Assembly (NCBI RefSeq): GCF_963921235.1
Contig: NC_086097.1
Location: forward strand, 211,980,001 to 212,044,000
DNA: 64,000 nucleotides
Reading direction: 5' to 3'
Origin: Mobula hypostoma
Lineage: Eukaryota
Positions 26,301-38,300 of the stretch are shown here, piece by piece. The position numbers and the translations under genes are program-made. Position 1 is the first letter of the stretch, and every line of letters starts with the position of its first letter. Under the pieces are notes generated by a model. The model was given only the letters and a program-made list of their open reading frames with translations. It was not told the DNA's origin and searched no databases.

Positions 26301-29300
26301 TGTACTGTGTAGTTCAGCTGGCATTCTATATTGAGTTGGAATTTGTAGCTAAGTAGAAAGGAGTGTGTATTTAATATTTCAGTAATATTTGAGTAATCTT
26401 GTATGTATTTTGATTAAGCATTTTTTTAATTCTTTGTGGGTTTAATATAAAAGTTAGTGAATTGCATTCATCATTACTCTACCATGTCATATGTACATGC
26501 TTCACTAACAGAAACACAAAATTCAATCAACACAGATTATTCCTGGCTCCATGTTTTCCTTTCAATTAGTTTTGTTTTGCAGCTACAAAACATAACAAAC
26601 ACTGCACTACTTTATCCCTGTATTTCTGCTTGTTCCCATTTTGATCACCTTTGCTAGATCTCTTAAAATTCAAAAAATATTTTGGTTGGTACTCTTTCAG
26701 AATCCTTATAGAAATCCATTATTTGTGTTTATTGTTTGTGTTTTACAATCTAAAAATACCTCTTTTTTTTCTCTGACTTCATCTCTTTGCCTTAAACTGC
26801 TTTCGGGTATCCTTTTCAAATGAATGCAGATTGTTACTGCATGCATAATTAGCTTTTCTGATTTACAGAAAACCCTTGTGATTTCCATCAAAGCAGTAAT
26901 TTGTGCTTTAAGCTACTGAACCCTGTTCAAATTCAAGCTGTCTATTCTCTTCGTAAGAGGTTACCATCTGACAAACTTATAATTGAAATAGAATTAAAAT
27001 TGTTAAAGATTTGCAACAAGCAATCGTTGTGAATTAAGCACATGCGGCACCAAACAGTAAGTATTTGTGTGCTAAACTTCTGACAGTAGAATACACTAGT
27101 GTGCTTTTGTTACCTACAATTTGATTTATTTCTGTTTAAGATGATAAATGGAATTCTGCTTTGTCACAATCAAAGATGCATAGTAAGTACTGATTTTAAT
27201 TGATTTTCATATTAAAACTTATGCCACATCTGATCTATCATAGGTATTTGATCATGTAGATTTTAATGATGCTAAATATGGGGTAGATTATGAAGAGATT
27301 CATCAAATCTTCAACAAGACCCTGCAGGGAAGCGCTTTGGGCCCGTTGGCCGCAAGTATGATGGAGAATCTCCAGTTTGTAATATCACAAATAAAGTCAT
27401 CCTTGGACTCAGACGGATGGATCACTGGATGGCTTAATGAATTTTCATTCAGGATAATGTTTGAAGCTGGGTTTCTAACACTCTTTGGAAAAAATGAAAA
27501 AGCAATGGCAGCAATGGATATTGAAAAGGTCAATGCACAGCACGCTGCCATTCTCACTGCAATGGAGAATTTTAAAGTGTTTGACGCATCATTTCCTGCT
27601 TTAGTTGGTGGTATTCCAGTATTGTTTCTCAAAGCAGCCAAGGAATCAAGATTGGCTCTAGCACAAATGTTGGTGTCTAAAATCTTAAATCGGAATGACA
27701 ATAAATCTCTTCTCATTGAGGAAAGAATGAACCTTTTGGACCGTTCACCTACACTTGATGATCTTGACAAGGCAAAGACACATGTCGCAATGCTGTGGGC
27801 TTCGCAGGCCAATACCGTCCCGGCTAGTTTCTGGAGCATTTATTATCTATTAAGGTACTGTTATTGGTAATCTTCCTTGTGCAAGATTAATTAATTTGCA
27901 ATCTTTGAAGATTTACATACACTTATTTCTTCAATCTACTTTTCTAATAATCTACCTTCTCTCAGGCACAGTTTTATCTTCATCTCCTAGGTGAAAATCT
28001 AATGTGGAAATAAACTGACCATTATAAGTGGGGTGAAAATCATGTGAATTCTTTAATGAGCAATCTGTTTTGTTTGGAATACAATTAAAATAGGAAGATA
28101 ATTTTTTCCAGTGTCTATTCAGACAGCACAAATTCAGATTGTTTTACTGTCTCACAATGATTTGTTTGAAGAGTCTATGTCTGCTCCCTGTCCTTGTTTT
28201 TCATAATTCTAATGTTCTGACATTTTGTTGCATCCTTTTCCTATATCCCTTGTCCCATCCCTTTATAACTTCAAACCCCTCTTCCAAATCTTCCATGATA
28301 TATTCTGTTCTGACATAGACAATATTTAAAGTTTTTCTTTATATTTTTCATTTGCAGAGTACCAGTAAATCTGCCCTCTACTTTGTTAATTTATTTGATT
28401 TTTGCCATATTGTGGAGCCAAAATATATACACAATTGTCATCACATCATCAAGAATATACACATAAAAGTTGCTGGTGAACGCAGCAGGCCAGGCAGCAT
28501 CTCTAGGAAGAGGTGCAGTCGACGTTTCACGTACATCTGCTCTCACTCCATCCTCCCGCCACCCCACTAGGAATAGGGTTCCCCTGGTCCTCACCTACCA
28601 CCCCACCAGCCTCCGGGTCCAACATATTATTACCCTATTTCACGTACATCTGCTCTCACTCCATCCTCCCGCCACCCCACTAGGAATAGGGTTCCCCTGG
28701 TCCTCACCTACCACCCCACCAGCCTCCAGGTCCAACATATTATTCTCCGTAACTTCCGCCACCTCCAACGGGATCCCACCACTAAGCACATCTTTCCCTC
28801 CCCCCCTCACTCTGCATTCTGCAGGGATCGCTCCCTACGCAACTCCCTTGTCCATTTGTCCCCCCCATCCCTCCCCACTGATCTACCTCCTGGCACTTAT
28901 CCGTGTAAGCGGAATAAGTGCTACACATGCCCTTACACTTCCTCCCTTACCACCATTCAGGGCCCCAAACAGTCCTTCCAGGTGAGGCAACACTTCACCT
29001 GTGAGTCAGCTGGGGTGATATACTGTGTCCGGTGCTCCCGATGTGGCCTTTTATATATTGGCGAGACCCGACGCAGACTGGGAGACCGCTTTGCTGAACA
29101 TCTACACTCTGTCCGCCAGAGAAAGCAGGATCTCCCAGTGGCCACACATTTTAATTCCACATCCCATTCCCATTCTGACATGTCTATCCACGGCCTCCTC
29201 TACTGTAAAGATGAAGCCACACTCAGGTAGGAGGAACAACACCTTATATTCCATCTGGGTAGCCTCCAACCTGATGGCATGAACATCGACTTCTCTAACT

Positions 29301-32300
29301 TCCGCTAATGCCCCACCTCCCCCTCGTACCCCATCTGTTACTCATTTTTATACACACATTCTTTCTCTCACTCTCCTTTTTCTCCCTCTGTCCCTCTGAA
29401 TATACCCCTTGCCCATCCTCTGGGTTCCCCCCCCCGTCTTTCTTCCCGGACCTCCTGTCCCATGATCCTCTCGTATCCCCTTTTGCCTATCACCTGTCCA
29501 GCTCTTGGCTCCATCCCTCCCCCTCGTGTCTTCTCCTATCATTTTGGATCTCCCCTTCCCCCTCCCCCTCCAACTTTCAAATCCCTTACTCACTCTTCCT
29601 TCAGTTAGTCCTGACGAAGGGTCTCGGCCTGAAACGTCGACTGTACCTCTTCCTAGAGATGCTGCCTGGCCTGCTGCATTCACCAGCAACTTTTATGTGT
29701 GTTGCTTGAATTTCCAGCATCTGCAGAATTTCTGTTGTTTGCATCAAGAATATACCATATTTTGGTATAAAACCTGTTATTCCATTAATTTTTTAAGACT
29801 TTAACCATTGAGGAATTTTCCATAATGTCTTTTTCAAACAGAATTACCAAAGTACTAATGGTTTTCTGCATCATGCAGCCTTATTCCCTCAGATAAATAT
29901 ACAGTCGCAGTTCTCTTGCAGACTGCATCAGGTTTTCCTCCAGGATTTCCCTGTATTTTGCTGCATTCATTTTACCTTGTATCTTCACAAGCCTTCCAGG
30001 GCCTGCTGCAGTGAAGCATCCCCACAGCATGATGCAGCCACCACTATGGTTCACGGTAGGGATGGTGTGTTTTTGATGATGTGCAGTGTTTAGCTTACAC
30101 CAAACATAGTGTTTAGATTGATGACCAAGAAGCTCAATTTTGGTTTCATCAGACAATAGAACCTTCTTCCAGCTGACTTCAGAGTCTCCCACATGCCTTC
30201 TGGAAAACTCTTGCTGAGATTTCATGTGAGTTTTTTTCCCCCACCTTTCTCTTTGCCACTCTCTCATAAATTGACCAGTGAAGCAGCCGGGCACCAGTTG
30301 TTTTATGCACAGTCTCTCCCATCTGAGCCACTTAAGCTTGTAACACCTCCAGAGTTGCCGTAGGTCTCTTGGTGGCCTCCCTCACTAGTCCTCTTCTTGC
30401 GTTGTCACTCAGTTGTTGGAGATGGCCTGCTCTAGACAGATTTACATCTGAGCCATATTCTTTCCAATTTTTGATGATTTGAAGTAGCTGTATTTCAAGG
30501 GATATTCAGTGACTTGGAACTTTTCATCTCTGCATTTCCTGACTTGAGCTTTTCAATAACTTTTTCACAAAGTTGCTTGGATGTTCTTTTATCTTCATAG
30601 TGTGGTTTTTGCCAGGATACTGTCTCACCAGCAATTGGACTTTCCAAATACAGGTGTATTTTTACTACAATCGATTGAAACATCTGGACTGCACAAAGTG
30701 ATTTATCTAATTATGTGATTTCTAAAACCAATTAGCTGCACCATTGATGATTTGGTGTGTCGTATTAAAGGGGGTGAATACTTATGCAATCAATTATTTT
30801 GTGTTTTATATTTGTAATTAATTTGGATCACTTTGTAATGACCTGTTTTTACTTTGACATAAATGAATCTTTTTCTGTTGATCAGTGTCAAAAAAAGCCA
30901 AATTGAATCCACTGTGATTCAATGTTGTAAAACAATAAAACATGAAAACTTCCGGGGGGGTGGGGTGATGTATGCTTTTTATAGCCACTGTATATTAACC
31001 TTAATGCAAAATAAAACCCTAATTAGCAAGATATCATATTCCCCCAACAAATCAGTATGTCTTTGTTACTGTCAGAGTCTTGCAGCATGGAAACAGTGCC
31101 CTTCTGCCCAACTTGTCCAATTTGTACATTGTCCGGAAAAGTAGTCCCACCTGCCTGCTTTGGCCCATACCCTTTATACCTCTCCTACCCATGGACTTAT
31201 CTAGATAGCTACTAAATGTTGCTAATGTGCCTGTCTCAATCAGTTTCTGGTGGCTCATTCCTAATGCATCTGAAGAAGCCGCCCTTGATGCTCCCTTTTA
31301 ATTTCCTTTCCTGTAATCTTAAACTTGCTGTCTTGTTTTTAACAATTCCTCCCTGGGTAAAATACTACGTGCTTTCATCCTGGCTATGCTTCTCATGATC
31401 TTGTATACAGTATGTGTATCAGGTCACTCCTCAGATTCCTATTTTCCATGGAATAAAGCCCTAGTCTATGCAACCACTCATTATAGCTCAGGACCCCAAG
31501 TCCTGACAACATTGTTGTTGCAGTTTGGTTTCTTTCCATTTACATTGTAAAAGTGGAAAAGGTGGAAACTAATCTTTCTTACGTAAAACAGAATCATGTG
31601 ATATTCTGCAACGTATTTCCACTCACATTGAGAGCTACCTCTGCAATGCTACTCTTGCGTAGATTTTAATCCATTGAACTACTCTTTCTCTTGCTTTCAT
31701 TATTTTCCAACAATGTGTAATATTCTGTCAAAAGCTTTGAGAAAGTTTATGTGCAATCCTTCATTTTCATTTCCATAAGGCCATTTCTGTAAACTCTTCA
31801 AAGAGCTGAGTTTGTGTTAAAGTATTTTTACTTCTGATATTGGTATCTGCTATGCTTCATTATGTTCTCAATATTAATCTCAAACTAAGGATTTAGATAA
31901 AATTTTGGTTTTTTTGTTTCTATTTGCAATATTTTCTGACTGTCCTCTAATTACCTGGATCAAATTTGCTTCAACTTTTTTGAAAAAGGGCATTCTATTG
32001 ACAACTCAGTCTTGTGACACTTCTATTCTAAATGAAGCTCTTGAGGAATTTTCCAAAATTTTGTTCTCTTTACCTTAATTAACTTCTCTGATATGTTTTA
32101 GTTACTTGGTCTCTCAACTTTGTTTTAAATAATTTAAGATTTATCTACTTTTTTGTATTATTGGGAAGTTCCATTTGTCCTTTACAAATTCATAAAAACA
32201 ATTAACAATTTTTGTGTTGTTAATCACTTTGTATTAAAATGTTTTATTTTACTTTTGAAACATTCTCCTTGTATTTGATTTTCTTTATTTTTCTTTCCTT

Positions 32301-35300
32301 CATCGCTTGTAATTTTTATACTTTTATCATATTAATATTATCAGTAAATCTGGGTAATCTGATCTAATTTTTGTTCTGTTTATTCTCTTCTATCTATTAT
32401 TCTGAAATTTTAAGTGCTGTCTCTATTCTACAACTTTATAGTATTCCTTTCTAAACTATCCCACTATTGCTCAATGGTCTAGTATGTCAATTTCCAATTT
32501 CACCTGTTGATATGTGACTCACTCCAAGTTCAACATCTGTTTCTGTTCCAAATCATAAATTTGCATAACAGACCCAAATAAGTGCCAATGGAATTCAGAA
32601 AACCTATCCCAATTTAATTGTTTTTAGCAATTTACAGTTGTGAGACAGTTCCCACCTTGATGGCAGCTAAGCTGCTGACACATTGTGCTGTTCTGTGGTT
32701 GCAAAGACAGCTATTGGCTTGCTCCAGTACAGAGGTCAGTTTGTTCCACTTGTCTGTGCCAACTCATTGCAGCACACAACTAGATTACACGTTGGAGGTT
32801 GGCAAGCTTGGCCTCGAAATTTACCACTGGACAATGTGCTGAGTTTAGGAGTGGAGTTATTTTGCATCTGGCTTCCTACATGTTTTTAAAATGTGACTGC
32901 TATATGTAGGACAATTACATTGAAAAGTTAGGTTCAATAGTTTTTGCTTTATTTGACTTAATATTTTAAATTATTTCACTGTTTTAAAGAACATTTATTA
33001 TTTTATATGGAATTTAAAATGCCATTGATTTCAATTGTTTTGATATATCCCTGATTAATGGTGCAGGAAGGGTTCAAAATCCATCCCTTGAGGCCTTGTT
33101 GCTGCCTGCTCTCTAACCTGCTGTGCAGAATATTTGCAACAGTGAGATCTGCAGGTTGTTTGGCCATCCAGAGCATGATGCAGCTCAGTTTTTTTTAAAC
33201 AAAACATAATCTACCTTTGTTTTTTTGAATAGACATGAACAGAGGGCTAAAAGTGTAAAGATGATAAATTGTCATTCTTACTGCCAGTGGCACATTTTTC
33301 ATATTGCCAGTTATCTAGTTTTACATGTTTTGCAGGTGCCCAGAAGCACTGAAAGCAGTGAGAAATGAAATTGACGACCTACTTCGCATAACAAATCAAA
33401 AAATAGGAGACGCTAATAATCCTGTCATATTCACCAGAGAACAACTAGAGAGTATGAGAGTTATGGGTAAGATCGTGATCACACATGTTATCCTGGTATA
33501 GATTTCTGTAATAGATATCCATAGCAAAATTGAGACTTTGAACTAAAGTAGTGACATTGCTACAGTGCTATCATGTAGTGCTTGGTTTTTAACTATTTCA
33601 TGAGATACAAGGTTGTGTTGAACACAACTAAGCTGAGAAGTTTTGCTGCCACTTCTATGGATGGGATATACTAATGGATATTCTGTAGGAAGTAGAATAC
33701 ACATGTCTAACGTTGAACTTGGTGCCTCCAGTTAAATTTATAACAATTACTTTTGATTAAGACCATAAGATATAGGAGCAAATTAGGCCATTTGGCCCAT
33801 CAAGTCTTCTCTGCCATTCCATTCTCTCAGCCCCAATCTCCTGCCTCTCCCAAGTATCCCTTCATGCCCTAACCAGTCAAGAATGTATCAACCTCTGCCT
33901 TAAATATACATACAGACTTGGCCTCCACAGCTGCCTGTGGCAACGAAATTCCATATTCACCACTCTCCGGCTAACGAAATTCCTTCTCAACTCCGTTCTA
34001 AAAAGACGCTCCTCTATCCTGAGGCTGAGTTCCCTGGTTGTAGTTGCTCCCACCATGGAGGGGTGGGTGCAGTGTCACCACACACAGCAACTGCACTATT
34101 TAAAGATGTAGCCAACCTTTCATAATTTTCAGAGACAATTTACGAAAAGAGATCTTCCTAGTGTCATATGAATATAGCAGTAACTTGTGAGGGGAGTCCT
34201 GGTAAATATTGAGGAACAGATTGCATTTTATACTACCTTCACCATGAATACCATAAGACATAGGAGGAGAATTAGGCCATTTGGCCCATTGAGCCTGCTC
34301 CACTATTCAGTTATGGCTGATCCTTTTTTTTCCCCCTCCTTAACCCCATTCCCGGCCTTTTCTCCGTAACCTTTGATGCTGTATCTAATCAAGAACCTCT
34401 CAGTGTCTTAAGTACAGCCATGTGCACAGCTGCATGTGGCAACAAATTCACGAATTCATCACTGTCTGGCTAAAGAAATTTCTCCGCATCTCTGTTTTGA
34501 ACGGATGTCCCTCTATCCTGAGGCTGTGCCCTCTTGTCCTACACTCCCCCACCATGGGAAACATTCTTTCCACATCTACACTGTCCAGGCCTTTTATCAT
34601 TCGGAAGATTTCAATGAGACCCCCCTCATCCTTCTAAATTCCAGTGAGTACAGACCCAGAGCCATCAAACATTCCTCGTATGATAACCCTTTCATTCCTG
34701 GAATCAACCTTGTGAACCTCATCTGGATCCTCTCTAATGCTAGCACCTTTTTTTCTGAGATGAGGAGCCCAAAACTGTTCATACCACTCAAGATGCAGCC
34801 TCACTAGTACTTTATTAAGCCCCAGCATCGCATCCCTGCTCTTGTAGTCAAGACCTGTTGAAATGAATGCTAACATTGCATTTGCCTTCCTCGCCACCTA
34901 TTCAACCTGCAAGGTAACCCTGAGGGTGTTCTGCACAAGGACTCCCAAGTCCCTTTGCATCTCAGATTTTTGGAATTTCTTTCCATCTAGAAAATAGTCT
35001 GCACATTTATTTCTACTACCAAGGTGCATGACCATGCATTTTTCAACTTTGTATTTCATTTGCCTCTTTCTTGCTCATTCTCCTAATCTGTCTAAGTCCT
35101 TCTGCAGCCTACCTCTTTCCTCAAAACTACCTGCCCCTCCACCAATCTTTGTATCATCCGCAAGCCTGGCAACAAAGCCACCTATTCCATCGTCTAAATC
35201 ACTGATATACAGCATAATATACCAACCGATGTGGCAGCCAACCGGACAAGGATCCTTTTATTCCCACTCACTGCCTCCTACCAATCAGTCAATGCTCTAA

Positions 35301-38300
35301 CCATGTTAGTAACTTTCCTGTAATACCATGGGCTCTTAACTTGGTAAGCAGCCTTATGTGTGGCACCTTGTCAAAGGCCTTCTGAAAATCCAAATATACA
35401 ACATCCACTGTAGCCCCTTTATCCGTCCTACTTGTAATCTCCTGAATACTTCAGTATAAATTCCATGGATTGTGCCACATCATCAGAGGCATAATAAGAA
35501 GTGTAAATACAGCAGAGATTTCCAAAGGAGGCAGTTGTGAATCCTGTTCTGTTTCAGGATACAGTAAACCAAAATCCTATCTCCCTCTCTCTGACGGGGA
35601 TTGTATTCAAAGGTAGGGGGATGGAAATCTACTATTTGCTGCAGGTAAAGCTCCAACCAATCACCAATGGCTGGATTAAACTATCTTTAAAAAAAGGTGA
35701 AGATCAGTGACCCTGATGTTGAACTTAAATAGCCTTTGAATCCAGATGGTTGTGACTGATCTGATCTACAACATACTTTGCTTTTTACAATATTTCTGCA
35801 TTAGTTATGCTCTCTGCCAAGGTGTGAGGACTTTATCACCTTCAGTTTTGAGTAAGGAACAGCTAATGACACAGATTTGCCAAGTTCAGTGAGTCACTGA
35901 TTGCATTCAGGTAGTGTTCAGGGTTGATTACGTGAAGATAGATCTTAAAATGAATCATGTTACAAATGTCAGTGTAACTGGAGCCAGTGGTTACATGGAG
36001 ACAAGTAGAGAGTGCCTTTGGTACCTGAAAGTCAAACATCTGGTTAACAGTTCAACAGTTTGGTAAAGTGAGGATAAAGTGAAAGGGAAAGTGAGGTTGG
36101 GAGAGGTTATGAAAATCTCCAGTATAAATAGAGAGATTAAAGGTTTAGAAAGAGTGAAGATTTCAACTTGGTGATAACATGGGGGCAAAATTGAAAAGGG
36201 TGATGAATACAGGACTGTAGGTGTTCTATCTGATGGCACACAGTAAATGGAATAAGGTGGATGATCTACTTTCAGACCTTTCCATTTCCAAAGTGCCTTC
36301 TCCCTAGTAATAGCAACTACACTCACTTCTGCCCCCTAACACTCTTGACTTTCTAGCATACTGTTGGTTTCATCCACAGTGAAGACTGATGCAAAATACT
36401 TTAGCTCCCAGTTATAATCTTCTTTCAGCCATGACTCCAACAGTGCTCACAATGTCATACCTCCCAATTTCTACTGTGTTACAAGATCATCTACCTTGTT
36501 CCTTAACTGAACGAGTATTTTGCATCAGTCTTCACTGAGGAAGACATCAGCAGTATACCGGACACTCAAGGGTGGCAGGTGTGATGAAAAACCAAGTTAT
36601 CAGAAGATTGATGCTGATGAGAGAGATAAGGGAGACAATGGAGAAACATTCAAAATGCTAATAAGAGAGAAGAGAGAGATTAACGAGAAAGAAACACATT
36701 TCAAATATTGACAGACCAATTGCTTTGAACCTGAACTGTTTGAAGTTTGATGGACAGGCGATACCCCGGCAGGGGGATAAATAGAACAGATTCGCTAAGG
36801 CACAGGACACCACGGGATCACGAGATAACGAGACCCTGGAAGAGCAGTGTGCCCCCACAAGTTGGTGGAGTTTGGAGGTCTGGTCGCGGGAACTGACCAT
36901 AGACGCGCAGGGTGAAAAGGTACGATCGGCGGGAACCTGGTGTGTGTGTCCGCCCTTGCCTGGGTGCTGGGTTCACCTCAGAAGAACGGTCATATCCGGA
37001 ACGAAGGGGTCACAGTCGGTGACCACAGAAGACATTAAAAGGGTTCGCCCGAAAGCTAACTGCGAAGAACATCAAAGGTCTGTCTGAATCAGATTTGCAT
37101 ATTCTCTCTCTCTCCAACGGCACCACAGCGATTACTGCGAATTGTACGAAGCTGAACTGAACTCTGCGTCACTTGAGACTGATCATTTTACCCCTGGACT
37201 GCGATAGAGTGTGGTTGATTCCTGTTACCCTAGTTCTGTGTTCACGTGTGTATTATCATTGCTAACCTGTTGCATTTACATCCTTACGATTAGAGTACTG
37301 TGTTACTTATTTCTTTAATAAAACTTTATTAATTTCTGTTAAACCAGACTCCAACTAAGTGGTCCATTTCTGCTGGTTTGGCAACCCAGTTACGGGATAC
37401 GTAACATAAGTGGGGATCTCGTCCGCAATTTTGAACGCCAAATTTGGGACTGGGTAAATTGATTGGGTTAAAATTCCCAAAGAAAGAAAGGGCAAACAGC
37501 AGAAATGGAGATTGAGGAATTTCTAAAGGCGCCAACCTTGGAGGCATTAGAGGATGCCAGGAAATCAGAATTGGCAACTGTGGCCAAATGGTTGAATCTT
37601 TTTAAGGGGAAGTCGACAATGAGGAGAGCGGAGATGTACAGAGCTATCGTAGAGCATTATGTATCTAAAGGTGTGTTTCCCCAAGGCGAGCTGGAGGTGG
37701 TATCTATGGGCAAACCTGGTGGAGAGGCAGGGCAGCTGCAGATTGAAAATTGAGACTCGAGCACGAGTTCCGGATAAAACAGCTGGAACAAGAAGAGAGG
37801 GACAGGCAGTTAGAACGAGAAGAGAAGCGGTTAGAAGGAGAAAAAAGAGAGAAACAGAGGGAAAGGGAATTTGAGCTGGAGAAGTTAAGGATGACGCTAG
37901 CGCAGGGGCCCATGCCGAACCAAGGTGGAGGGTTCAGGGCGAACCAGGAGGTTAGGCTGGTTCCCCCATTTGAGGAGGCTGATGTTGATCGGTACTTTCT
38001 CCATTTTGAAAAAGTCGCTGCAAGTCAGGACTGGCCGAGGGATAAGTGGGCTGTTTTGCTTCAGAGTGTACTTAAAGGAAAAGCCCAGCAAGCTTACTCG
38101 ACATTGTCTGCAGAAGATGCCCAGAGGTATGATGTGGTGAAAGAGGCGATACTCAGGATTTATGAGTTGGTTCCGGAGGCATACCGGCAGAGGTTCCGGA
38201 ATGTGAGGAAGCAGTGGGGCCGCACGTATTTAGAGTTTGCCCGTGAGATGCAGATGTATTGTGAGCGTTGGTGCGCCTCGAAAGGGGTCAATGGGGATTA

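Larger units (their letters stand above)
21290..26597 (+). mobile_element. Highly degenerate Ty3/Gypsy element split by Rex1, Penelope and CR1 insertions
   Basis: Gag-like [13 protein letters not shown] and integrase core [31 protein letters not shown] (22945-23045). A PPT-like AGAAAGGAG and LTR-like AT-rich sequence lie at about 26355-26597. Boundaries approximate. Confidence 0.6.
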
